Source of the DNA: Somniosus microcephalus | Lineage: Eukaryota | Length of the DNA: 64,000 bases | Reading direction: 5' to 3' | Assembly: GCA_052327205.1 (NCBI GenBank) | Contig: CM126204.1 | Span: forward strand, 138,880,001 to 138,944,000 | Part shown: positions 1-10,017 of the stretch, one piece after another | Layout: every line of letters starts with the position of its first letter | Position numbering within the stretch: the stretch's first letter is position 1 | Notes under the pieces: model-generated | Told to the model about the DNA's origin: nothing | The model's database searches: none | The model's input: only the letters and a program-made list of their open reading frames with translations | Program-made: the position numbers and the translations under genes

Positions 1-2
1 GA

Positions 3-911
3 GGGAGCAGGGGGGAAGGGTCAGAGGATAGTGAAGCTCCGGGGACCAGCGGGCTGCAGCAACGCGGGAGGGGTGGGGAAGCTCGGCGGCCTTCTCCCCG
101 GAGAGTGAGTGCGGCCTCCAGTCCTGCTACGGTGAGCGCAGAGGAGGTGCGGCTCCTAGCGGAAATGGGCACCCAGGCTGAGCGCAGGCACACTGAGCTC
201 ATGGCTGCAGTGGCAAGGATGCCTGACTCCATAGAGTCACTGGCAAGGAGTGTGCAGGAATTCGGGGCAGCACAGGCCAGGAGTCTGCAACAATTCAGTG
301 CAGCACAGGCCAGGAGTCTGCAGGACATCGCGGCAGCACAGGCTAGGAGTCAGCAGGACTTCGCTGCTACACAGGCGGCTTCTAGCCAAGTGCTCAGTCA
401 TGCCGTGCATTCACTGGCTGCTGTCATGCAGACACAGACCAGGGCCACACGGGCACTAACTGCTGCCACACTCGCTGGATCGGCCAGGCATCGCCGGGGC
501 ACTCGCTGTGCCGCAGCAGCCCAGCAGTCTGTGCCTCAGCAGATTGCTGCGCATGCTGCAGTGCTGGCCCGTGCGAGTGCCAATGTCTCAACCGACCAGG
601 GAGTGCCTGTGATCTGTCAGGTTGGCAGCATTCCTGCAGCCAACACTGTCACTCCTCCATTGCAGCTGCCACCAGCTGTTGGACAGACTGCTGCCGCCCA
701 AGCAGAGTTGGAGCAGTCAGCAGCCAGCCCCTCCAGGCCCAGAGCTGGTCCAGGCCGACCCCCAAGGGCATCTGCCGTCTCACCATCTGACCCTCAGCAG
801 CCTTCCCCCAGCCTTGCTGCAGCCTCTGGGGTCCCATTGAGGAGGAGCTGCAGGGCGGGTAGGGGCCAGTCACGGAAGCGAAACGGATCACCCTCGCAGG
901 GGAAAAAGTAG
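3..911 (+). CDS. C-terminal part of the Harbinger accessory ORF (probable Myb/SANT-like partner protein), 5'-truncated by the window
   Basis: The frame is open from the window edge to TAG at 909-911. It has Ala/Gln-rich coiled-coil-like 11-aa repeats and a basic tail (RRSCRAGRGQSRKR). Identity is inferred from its position next to the transposase; the Myb domain itself is not visible. Confidence 0.6.
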   Translation, partial: GSRGEGSEDSEAPGTSGLQQRGRGGEARRPSPRRVSAASSPATVSAEEVRLLAEMGTQAERRHTELMAAVARMPDSIESLARSVQEFGAAQARSLQQFSAAQARSLQDIAAAQARSQQDFAATQAASSQVLSHAVHSLAAVMQTQTRATRALTAATLAGSARHRRGTRCAAAAQQSVPQQIAAHAAVLARASANVSTDQGVPVICQVGSIPAANTVTPPLQLPPAVGQTAAAQAELEQSAASPSRPRAGPGRPPRASAVSPSDPQQPSPSLAAASGVPLRRSCRAGRGQSRKRNGSPSQGKK

Positions 912-924
912 AAGGTGTGGCCAA

Positions 925-1230
925 ATGTTTTGTTTTACTTATAAAAGCCGAGACTGGTGTATTTGTTTCATATATAAAAGCCGAGACTGGTGTATTTGTT
1001 TCATATTTAAAGGCCGAGACTGGTGTATTTGTTTCATATTTAAAGGCCGAGACTGGTATATTTGTTTTACTTGTAAAGGCCGAGACTGGTGTATTTGTTT
1101 CATATTTAAAGGCTGAGACTGGTGTATTTGTTTCATATTTAAAGGCCGAGACTGGTGTATTTGTTTCATATTTAAAGGCCGAGACTGGTATATTTGTTTT
1201 ACTTGTAAAGGCCGAGACTGGTGTATTTGT
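925..1230. repeat. 33-bp tandem repeat (~9 copies) between the convergent Harbinger ORFs
   Basis: Unit GGCCGAGACTGGTGTATTTGTTTCATATTTAAA, with a variant unit (GGTATATTTGTTTTACTTGTAAA) every fourth copy. Confidence 0.95.
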
Positions 1231-1425
1231 GTTTTTGGGGGGGGGGTTTCTCTCCATTAGTTTGTCATATGGGAAGGGCACAGAGGTATCATAGTAAAAA
1301 ATGTTCTTAAATCGCACTGTCCATGCTTTCTTTTGGAAGTCCTGGTTGCCCTGCTCGGCTGAGGGCTTGTGGAGCGGCTACATTCATCTTCTGCCATTGG
1401 CACAAGCCATTCCCTGAAAGGGGGC

Positions 1426-2553
1426 CTAGAACCGACTTGCAATAAGCCGCCGACAGGCGGCCCTTGCACTTTCTGCCTCCCTCCTGTGCTGGTCCTCCTC
1501 CTCCTCCTCCTCCTCCTCCTCTGGTGATCCTCCAATGTCTGCTGGCAGTGGCTGAGTCCTGCGGATAGCCAGGTTGTGCAGCATGCAGCACACAACAACG
1601 AAATGGGAGACTCGCTCAGGCGAGTACTGTAGGGCTCCCCCGGAACGATCCAGACAGCGGAACCGTTGCTTCAGCATGCCGATTGTTTGCTCACTGATGT
1701 TCCTGGTTGCTTGATGGCTCTCATTGTGTCCCTCTTCAGCAGGGGTGCTGGGCGCACGGAGTGGGGTCATCAGCCAGGTGCACAAAGGATAGCCTTTGTC
1801 CCCGAGAAGCCATCCTCGTGGGTGAGGCTGGGCCTCGAACATGTCTGCCACAGAAGTCTGGCACAGGATGAAGGCATCGTGGCTGCTGCCTGGAAAGCGG
1901 GCATTGACAGCTAGGATGAGCTGCCTGTGGTCACACACCAACTGCACGTTGAGCGAATGGTAGCCCTTCCGGTTGCGGTAATCCTCGGCATTCTCTAGAG
2001 GTGCCCGCAAAGCCACATGCGTGCAGTCAATGGCGCCCTGCACCATGGGGAAGCCCACTAATGCTGCAAAGCCCATTGCACGCTGTTGCTGCTTGTCAAC
2101 GGTCATGGGGAAGGAGATGAACTGACGTCTCCTTCTGAAAAGGGCATTGGTCACCTGGCGGATGCAGCAATGTACCGCAAACTGGGAGATGTTGGAAATG
2201 TCCCCAGTAGCGGATTGGAAGGAGCCGGTGGCATAGAAGTTGAGAGCCACCATCACCTTCACTGCCACCGACAGAGACGTCCTGCTCCTCAGCTGTGGCT
2301 GCAGATCTCCGCGAAGCAGGTGGCAGATCTCAGTGACCACCGCCCTTCTGAATCGCAGCCTCCGAACACACTGCTCCTCAGACATGTTCAGATATGAGAA
2401 CTGCTGGCGGTATACCCTGGGTGGGTAAGGCCTCCTTTGCCGACGCCTGTTGCCTCTTCTCCGTCTGGCCATGACTGGCAATCTCTCATGGTGTCTCTGA
2501 GCCCTTTGAATGCAATGGAGAAGCCCAACGTTTCCACCCATTGCAGCCCCCAT
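1426..2553 (-). CDS. Harbinger DDE transposase (HARBI1-like nuclease), 375 aa
   Basis: Motifs GAIDCTHV, NRKGYHSLNVQLVCD, PGSSHDAFIL, LLGDKGY, TRNISEQTIGMLKQRFRCL and CCMLHN; no stops or frameshifts. Confidence 0.95.
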   Translation of the reverse strand: MGAAMGGNVGLLHCIQRAQRHHERLPVMARRRRGNRRRQRRPYPPRVYRQQFSYLNMSEEQCVRRLRFRRAVVTEICHLLRGDLQPQLRSRTSLSVAVKVMVALNFYATGSFQSATGDISNISQFAVHCCIRQVTNALFRRRRQFISFPMTVDKQQQRAMGFAALVGFPMVQGAIDCTHVALRAPLENAEDYRNRKGYHSLNVQLVCDHRQLILAVNARFPGSSHDAFILCQTSVADMFEAQPHPRGWLLGDKGYPLCTWLMTPLRAPSTPAEEGHNESHQATRNISEQTIGMLKQRFRCLDRSGGALQYSPERVSHFVVVCCMLHNLAIRRTQPLPADIGGSPEEEEEEEEEDQHRREAESARAACRRLIASRF

Positions 2554-2723
2554 TATATGTTTCCAATCAATGCTATGACTCTGAAGTTAAAGACAAGTGC
2601 AAAGCTGTGGCCTGAAGCCACAAGTACCTGTGCGAGTGTTGAGCCAAACCAGAAAGCTCTCTACCTTTGTCTCTCTCCAAAGATCCGTCTCTCACAAAGA
2701 AGGAGTGGTGCAAAATGGCTGCC

Positions 2724-2730
2724 ATTTATA
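2724..2730 (-). promoter_or_regulatory. Putative TATA box of the transposase gene
   Basis: TATAAAT on the - strand ~170 bp upstream of the transposase ATG, just inside the GC-rich subterminal region. Confidence 0.4.
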
Positions 2731-3861
2731 CTGCAGGAGGAGTCCCCTTTAATTAGCGCCCCCCGCGCCCCGCAGCGACTGGGAACCGTTCCCCTCTACC
2801 AGTCGCTAGGGGCGCCAGGCGCACAATAGGCCGGCGCCACTGAATTTCCGGTTTGGGGCGCACAAAGGGCGTTGCACCATGAAATGATGTCAGGATCTGC
2901 GCGCACAGCTGAGCGCGCGCAAATGTTTTGCGCCGCCGCTAAATCTTAACTGAAGTTCGCGAGAGGCGCAGATCGCGCTGCGCCCGGGCACTAGCTGCTT
3001 AGCACCCCACTTCTCCTCCTCCTAAGGCGCTAGCGGCTGGTGCAAACAACTGAATTTCTAGGCCTTAATGTCTAATCCCACACATAAAGAATGGCCTTTT
3101 GGGCAAAGTACCAGCACATGTGGAACCAAATCCCAGCCCGAGTCCAGAGAGTAGAAACTTTGTATAAAAAAAAAATCAAAGTTTAAATGTAGAATCAATT
3201 TCATGGCTGGAATTATATATTAAGGAGTCACACGTATTCATTGTAGTCCAACTGCCTGTATTGTCCCTCAGTGCTAATAATGAACAGGAGATAAGAGTTT
3301 TGGATAATATTCCATTTACCATTCACGTTACCTCAGTTATTAATTTATACAATAAGGTTCTGTGTATTATATAAAATATATTATTAATCACTTTGATTTA
3401 TAAAATTATATATTTAAATGACCTCATAGCCACAACTTTTCTTTCTGTGGTTAAATGTCAGGTAAGGTTTTCAAAAGGTTCCTGATTTCCTTTTTGAAAA
3501 GTGACTTCCAAACTAAAAGTGAAAGCTGCAGCCAATTATTGTCTATCAGTGCAAGTCAGTTGTAAATGGGTAAGAACTGCTGCAAATTCCACCTGAAAAG
3601 TCAAGCACTAAAGTACATAACACTATGGTGTACGCTCATTTGCATCATCATTGACGGCAGCAAGTACAGAGTCAGGCTTACCTAGGGAGGACACTGGTGG
3701 TGAGAGAGGAAAATTGCATGCCAATGAAATTTATAGGGGTGAGGCCAACAAAAGTGGAGTGTCATGATAGGGAACAGAAATTCTGAAAACCTTTGGAAGA
3801 CCTCAAAAGGAATCTTGGCCCAATAGTAGCCTTTGCAAAGACTGATGGAGTAGTGGATTAA

Positions 3862-4078
3862 AAAAGAAAAAAGAAAGACTTGCATTTATATAGCACCTTT
3901 CACGACCATCGGACATCTCAAAGCGCTTTCAGCCAATGAAGTACTTTTTGAAGTGTAGTTACTGTTGTAATGTGGGAAACGCGGCAGCCAATTTGCGCAC
4001 AGCAAGCTCCCACAAACAGCAATGTGATAATGTGAATCTGTTTTTGTTATGTTGGTTTAGGGATAAATATTGGCCAGG
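3862..4078 (-). mobile_element. Deu-domain tRNA SINE (SacSINE1-like), 3' half, split by a CR1 insertion
   Basis: Matches the 3' half and tail (AAAGAAAGACTTGCATTTATATAGC) of the full copies at 29527 and 30721. Confidence 0.85.
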
Positions 4079-6141
4079 GGCGTAAAAGAAAAGACAGCCA
4101 TCTGTGGCTAAGTAAAGTAATAAAGGATAGTATCCGACTAAAAACAAGGGCATATAAAGTAGCCAAATCTAGTGGGAGGATAGAAGTTTGGGAAGCATTT
4201 AAAAGCCAGCAAAGAATAACTAAAAGATTAATTAAGAAAGGGAAGATAGATTATGAAAGTAAACTAGCAAAAAATATAAAAACAGATAGCAAGAGTTTCT
4301 GCAGTTATATAAAAAGAAAAAGGGTGGCTAAAGTGAATGTTGGTCCCTTAGAGGACGAGACCAGGAAATTAGTGGTGGGGAACATGGAGATGGCAGAAAC
4401 GCTGAACAAATATTTTGAATCAGTCTTTACAGTAGAGGACACAAAAAATATCCCAACACTGGACAAACAGGGGGCTATAGGGGGGGAGTAGCTGAACACG
4501 GTTAAAATCACTAAGGAGGTGGTACTCGGTAAGATAATGGGACTAAAGGCGGATAAATCCCCTGGACCTGATGGCTTACATCCTAGGGTCTTGAGAGAAG
4601 TAGCGGTAGGGATTGTGGATGCATTGGTGGTAATTTTCCAAAACTCCCTGGATTCAGGAAAGGTCCCAGCAGATTGGAAAACTGCTAATGTAACGCCCTT
4701 ATTTAAAAAGGGAGGCAGGCAAAAGGCTGGAAATTATAGACCAGTTAGCCTAACATCTGTGGTTGGTAAAATGTTGGAGTCCATTATTAAGGAAGCAGTA
4801 ACAGGACATTTGGATAAGCATAATTTAATCGGACAGAGTCAGCTTGGTTTTACGAAGGGGAAGTCATGTTTGACAAATTTGCTTGAATTCTTTGAGGACG
4901 TAACAAACAGAGTGGATAAAGGGGAACCAGTGGATGTGGTGTATTTGGACTTCCAAAAGGCATTTGACAAGGTGCCACACAAAAGATTACTGCATAAGAT
5001 AAAAAATCACGGGATTGGGGGCAATGTATTGGCATGGGTGGAAGATTGGCTATCTAACAGAAAACAGAGAGTTGGGATAAATGGTTCATTCTCGGCTTGG
5101 CAATCAGTAACTAGTGGTGTTCCGCAGGGGTCAGTGCTGGGACCCCAACTCTTTACAATCTATATTAACGATTTGGAGGAAGGGACCGAGTGCAACATAT
5201 CCAAGTTTGCCGACGATACAAAGATAGGAGGGAAAGCAGTGAGTGAGGAGGACATAAAAAACCTGCAAAAGGACATAGACAGGCTGGGTGAGTGGGCAAA
5301 AAATTGGCAGATGGAATATAATGTTGGAAAGTGTGAGGTTATGCACTTTGGCAGAAAAAATCAAAGAGCAAGTTATTATCTAAATGGAGAGAAACTGCAA
5401 AGTGCTACAGTACAAAGGGATCTGGGGTTCCTGGTGCATGAAACACAGAAGGTTAGTATGCAGGTACAGCAGGTGATCAGGAAGGCCAATGGAATCTTGG
5501 CTCTTATTGCAAGGGGGATGGAGTATAAAAGCAGGGAAGTCTTGCTGCAGTTGTACAGGGTACTGGTGAGGCCACACCTGGAATACTGCATACAGTTTTG
5601 GTTTCCATATTTAAAAAAAGATATACTTGCTCTCGAGGCAGTTCAGAGAAGGTTCACTCGGTTGATTCTGAAGATGAGGGGGTTGACTTATGAGGAAAGG
5701 TTGAGTAGGTTGGGCCTCTACTCATTGGAATTCAGCAGAATGAGAGGCGATCTTATCAAAACATATAAGATTGTGTGGGGGCTTGATCGGGTGGATGCGG
5801 TGAGGATGTTTCCACTGATGGGTGAGACTAGAACTAGGGGGCATAATCTTAGAATAAGGGGCTGCCCTTTCAAAACTGAGATGAGGAGAAACGTCTTCAC
5901 TCAGAGGGTGGTAAATCTATGGAGTTTGCTACCTCAGAGAGTTGTGGAAGCTGCGACATTAAATAAATTTAAAACGGAGATAGACAGTTTCCTAGCTGAT
6001 AAGGGAATAAGGGGTTACGGGGCGAGGGCAGGGAAGTGGACGTGAGTCTAAGTTCGGATCAGCCATGATCCTATTGAATGGCAGAGCAGGCCCGAGGGGC
6101 CATATGGCCTACTCCTGCTCCTACTTCTTATGTTCTTATGT
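4079..6141 (+). mobile_element. CR1 LINE, 5'-truncated, relatively young
   Basis: RT-encoding ORF2, 3'UTR and (TTCTTATG)n tail; in-frame TAG at 4489-4491 upstream of the long ORF. Confidence 0.93.
4519..6045 (+). CDS. CR1 ORF2 reverse transcriptase fragment (no endonuclease domain; non-autonomous copy)
   Basis: KSPGPDGLHPRVL, NYRPVSLTS, YLDFQKAFDKV, GVPQGSVLGP, KFADDTK, RPHLEYC, TRGH motifs. Confidence 0.9.
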   Translation: MVLGKIMGLKADKSPGPDGLHPRVLREVAVGIVDALVVIFQNSLDSGKVPADWKTANVTPLFKKGGRQKAGNYRPVSLTSVVGKMLESIIKEAVTGHLDKHNLIGQSQLGFTKGKSCLTNLLEFFEDVTNRVDKGEPVDVVYLDFQKAFDKVPHKRLLHKIKNHGIGGNVLAWVEDWLSNRKQRVGINGSFSAWQSVTSGVPQGSVLGPQLFTIYINDLEEGTECNISKFADDTKIGGKAVSEEDIKNLQKDIDRLGEWAKNWQMEYNVGKCEVMHFGRKNQRASYYLNGEKLQSATVQRDLGFLVHETQKVSMQVQQVIRKANGILALIARGMEYKSREVLLQLYRVLVRPHLEYCIQFWFPYLKKDILALEAVQRRFTRLILKMRGLTYEERLSRLGLYSLEFSRMRGDLIKTYKIVWGLDRVDAVRMFPLMGETRTRGHNLRIRGCPFKTEMRRNVFTQRVVNLWSLLPQRVVEAATLNKFKTEIDSFLADKGIRGYGARAGKWT

Positions 6142-6388
6142 AGGAACCGGGATAATTCCCCTGCTCTTCATCGAAATAGTGTCATGGGATCTTTTACGTC
6201 CGCCTGGGAGAGCAGACGGGGCCTCGGTTTAACGTTCCAACTGAAAGACAGCGCCTCCGACAGTGCAGCAAGCCCTCAGTACTGTACTGGAGTGTCAGCT
6301 GAGCTTTATGTGTGCCAGTCCCTGGAGTGGGACTTAAACCCACAACTTTCTGACTCAGAGGTGAGTGTGCTACCAACTGAGCCACGGC
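6142..6388 (-). mobile_element. Deu-domain tRNA SINE, 5' half (continuation of 3862-4078)
   Basis: Resumes the SINE consensus where it was interrupted; contains the Deu core and a tRNA-like head with A/B-box-like motifs. Confidence 0.85.
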
Positions 6389-6499
6389 TGACACAAGAGA
6401 CAGACAAAAGTGAAGGGAAAGGGAACCCCTAGGGGCAAGTGACAGAGTACCCCAGCACTCAACCTCCTTTTTGATGATTGTTGAAGTGAATGTGATGCT

Positions 6500-7085
6500 C
6501 GTCAGAAGATTTTCCCTCAGTGTCACTGCACGGTACAATGCCTGTTGGTCAGGGTCGGAGAACGCCCATGAGGAGGTGTAGTCAAGCTTCAGGCCACAAC
6601 TGACTGTTACTGTCGCTGTATGTGCCAGCCCTACGCTGTATGGTAGTCACAGGAAGTCTTGCAACAGATGGCACCACTCTGCATTTGCCTCGCTGCTGAC
6701 CTAGATCCTGAGAAAAGAGTTGACCATGAATCCAAGCCTGTAAATGTACCAGGGACTGCGGAAATGCTTGGTGAGATCTTGCCGGGTGGCAGATGCCAAC
6801 CATCAGGCAATTCTGGCTCTTGGATCACCTTGGCGTGCAGTCTTTCATACAAGTACCATGTACAATAAGACATGCTGCGATTGGGACTGAAGAACCATTC
6901 AGTATAACGTTAGTCACGCATTGACATATCAGGGATCTGCTGGCACTGCTTACTTTGGGAAGAAGAGCCTCCACCAGCACTATGTCTGCTAAACTGAGTT
7001 CATTTCACCTCTGTCTCCAGATGTGGTGGTGCGGATGCTGGTGGGAGGGCACCAGAGCACCTTGCAGACCTGGCACCCCTCCTCT
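6500..7085 (-). mobile_element. Highly degenerate LINE 3' fragment, possibly Vingi/Ingi-like
   Basis: Broken - strand translation shows PPTSIR and WSTL..RI.S..RGKCR, reminiscent of the C-termini of Ingi/Vingi-type RTs. Confidence 0.3.
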
Positions 7086-7091
7086 TCTTCC

Positions 7092-7415
7092 AAACTTTTT
7101 CCGTTGGTAGGGGAATCTAGGACAAGGGGACATAGCCATAAAATCAGAGCCAGGATAGTCAGGAGAGAAGATAGGAAACATTTCTTCATGCAAAGGGTGG
7201 TAGAAGTATGGAACTATCTCCCACAAAAAGCAGTAGATGCTAGCTCAATTAATAATGTTAAATCTGCGATCAATAGATTATTGCTAGCCAAGGGTATAAA
7301 AGGATATGGAGCCAAGGCACGTGGATGGAGTTATGATACAGATCAGCCATGATCTCACTGAATGGCGGAACAGGCTCGAGGGGCTGAATAGCCCACTCCT
7401 GTTCTTATGTTCCAA
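7092..7415 (+). mobile_element. CR1 3' fragment
   Basis: KLFPLVGESRTRGHSHK...FFMQRVVEVWN, then a CR1 3'UTR and TTCTTATGTT tail. Confidence 0.85.
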
Positions 7416-7612
7416 AACACATCAGCTTGAAGAATTCCCATTGGGAAATCCATTGGTACAAGTAATGGTGCTGGGGATGAAAAATAAATAAAGAACAGCT
7501 AACACAGAGGCTCATCGAAGCCGAGATGCCAAGTGTAAAAAAAAAGAACAAAAATAGGTCCAGTAATATGGCATAAAAAATACATTACCTTTCTGTACCC
7601 TTTAAATGAATG

Positions 7613-10017
7613 CCCACCCCAGCTCTCTGGCCCAGCTCTCCGCCCACAGCTCTCCACCACCCAGCTCTCCGCCCCCAGCTCTCCGCCCCCCAGCTCTCCG
7701 CCCCCCAGCTCTCCGCCACCCAGCTCTCCGCCCCCAGCTCTCCGCCCCCAGCCCTCCACCCCCCAGCTCTCCACCCCCAGCTCTCCGCCCCCCAGCTCTC
7801 CGCCACCCAGCTCTCCGCCACCCAGCTCTCCGCCCCCAGCTCTCCGCCCCCCAGCTCTCCGCCCCCCAGCTCTCCGCCCCCCAGCTCTCCGCCCCAGCTC
7901 TCCTCCCCCAGCTCTCCGCCCCCCAGCTCTCTGCCCCCAGCTCTCCGCCACCCAGCTCTCCGCCCCCCAGCTCTCCGCCCCCCAGCTCTCCTCCCCCAGC
8001 TCTCCGCCCCAGCTCTCCGCCCCCAGCTCTCCGCCACCCAGCTCTCCGCCCCCAGCTCTCCGCCCCCAGCTCTCCTTCCCCCAGCTCTCCACCCCAGCTC
8101 TCCTCTTCCAGCTCTCTGGCCCAGCTCTCCACCACCCAGCTCTCTGCCCCCAGCTCTCCGCCCCCCAGCTCTCTGCCCCCCAGCTCTCCTCCCCCAGCTT
8201 TCCGCCCCCAGCTCTCTGCCCCCCAGCTCTCCGCCCCCAGCTCTCCGCCCCCCCAGCTCTCCGCCCCCCAGCTCTCCTCCCCCAGCTCTCCAGCCCAGCT
8301 CTCCGCCCCCAGCTCTCCGCCCCCCAGCTCTCCGCCCCCCAGCTCTCCTCCCCCAGCTCTCCGCCCCCAGCTCTCCGCCCCCCAGCTCTCCGCCCCCAGC
8401 TCTCCGCCCCCCCAGCTCTCCGCCCCAGCTCTCCGCCCCAGCTCTCCGCCCCCAGCTCTCCGCCCCCCAGCTCTCCGCCCCCAGCTCTCCGCCCCCAGCT
8501 CTCCGCCCCCAGCTCTCCGCCCCCAGCTCTCCGCCCCCCAGCTCTCCTGCCCCCAGCTCTCCTGCCCCCAGCTCTCCGCCCCCCAGCTCTCCTCCCCCAG
8601 CTCTCCGCCCCCAGCTCTCTGCCCCCCAGCTCTCTGCCACCCAGCTCTCCGCCCCCAGCTCTCCGCCCCCCCAGCTCTCCTCCCCCAGCTCTCCGCCCCA
8701 GCTCTCTGCCCCAGCTCTCCGGCCCAGCTCTCCGCCCCCAGCTCTCCTTCCCCCAGCTCTCCACCCCAGCTCTCCTCTTCCAGCTCTCCGGCCCAGCTCT
8801 CCGCCCCCAGCTCTCCACCCCCAGCTCTCCGCCCCCCAGCTCTCCGCCCCCGCTCTCCGCCCCCAGCTCTCCTTCCCCCAGCTCTCCACCCCAGCTCTCC
8901 ACCCCAGCTCTCCGGCCCAGCTCTCCACCACCCAGCTCTCTGCCCCCAGCTCTCCGCCCCCCAGCTCTCCGCCCCCCAGCTCTCCGCCCCCCAGCTCTCC
9001 GCCCCCCAGCTCTCCGCCCCCAGCTCTCCTCCCCCAGCTCTCCGCCCCAGCTCTCCGCCCCAGCTCTCCTCTTCCAGCTCTCCGGCCCAGCTCTCCGCCC
9101 CCAGCTCTCCTTCCCCCAGCTCTCCGGCCCCCAGCTCTCCGCCCCCCAGCTCTCCGCCCCCCAGCTCTCCGCCCCCCAGCTCTCCGCCCCCCAGCTCTCC
9201 GCCCCCAGCTCTCCGCCCCCAGCTCTCCTCCCTCAGCTCTCCGCCCCAGCTCTCCGCCCCAGCTCACCGCCCCCAGCTCTCCTTCCCCCAGCTCTCCACC
9301 CCAGCTCTCCTCTTCCAGCTCTCCGGCCCAGCTCTCCGCCCCCAGCTCTCCTTCCCCCAGCTCTCCACCCCAGCTCTCCTTCCCCCAGCTCTCCACCCCA
9401 GCTCTCCTCTTCCAGCTCTCCGGCCCAGCTCTCCTTCCCCCAGCTCTCCACCCCAGCTCTCCTCTTCCAGCTCTCCGGCCCAGCTCTCCTTCCCCCAGCT
9501 CTCCACCCCAGCTCTCCTCTTCCAGCTCTCCGGCCCAGCTCTCCGCCACCCAGCTCTCCTCCCCCAGCTCGCCGCCACCCAGCTCTCCGCCCCCCAGCTC
9601 TCCGCCCCCCAGCTCTCCTCCCCCAGCTCTCCGCCCCCAGCTCTCCTTCCCCCAGCTCTCCACCCCAGCTCTCCTCTTCCAGCTCTCCGGCCCAGCTCTC
9701 CGCCACCCAGCTCTCCGCCCCCCAGCTCTCCGCCCCCCAGCTCTCCTCCCCCAGCTCTCCGCCCCCAGCTCTCCACCCCAGCTCTCCTCTTCCAGCTCTC
9801 CGGCCCAGCTCTCCGCCCCCAGCTCTCCTTCCCCCAGCTCTCCACCCCAGCTCTCCGCCCCCAGCTCTCCGGCCCCCAGCTCTCCGCCCCCCAGCTCTCC
9901 GCCCCCAGCTCTCCTTCCCCCAGCTCTCCACCCCAGCTCTCCTCTTCCAGCTCTCCGGCCCAGCTCTCCGCCCCCAGATCTCCGCTCCCAGCTCTCCGGC
10001 CTCAGCTCTCCGCCCAG
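7613..10017. repeat. 2.4-kb minisatellite of 13-16-bp units, core CCCCAGCTCTCC (GGAGAGCTGGGG on - strand)
   Basis: Roughly 160-170 imperfect units read directly; strong C/G strand skew; a recurrent 55-bp four-unit composite. Confidence 0.97.

Larger units (their letters stand above)
1..3065. mobile_element. PIF/Harbinger DNA transposon, probably autonomous; left part lies outside the window
   Basis: HARBI1-type transposase (- strand) convergent with a second ORF. GC-rich subterminal region ends in GAATTTCTAGGCC(T), followed by TAA (TWA-type target site), then an abrupt switch to AT-rich DNA. Confidence 0.88.

Noticed and set aside
925-1230. 33-bp repeats of CRISPR-like length, and ORFs 649-1317 / 917-1294
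   Set aside because: The units are directly adjacent with no unique spacers, there are no cas genes and the context is eukaryotic; the ORFs reflect the 33-bp period.
1426-2553. Host gene HARBI1
   Set aside because: It is flanked by a TIR/TAA and paired with an accessory ORF, so it is a transposon copy rather than the domesticated gene.
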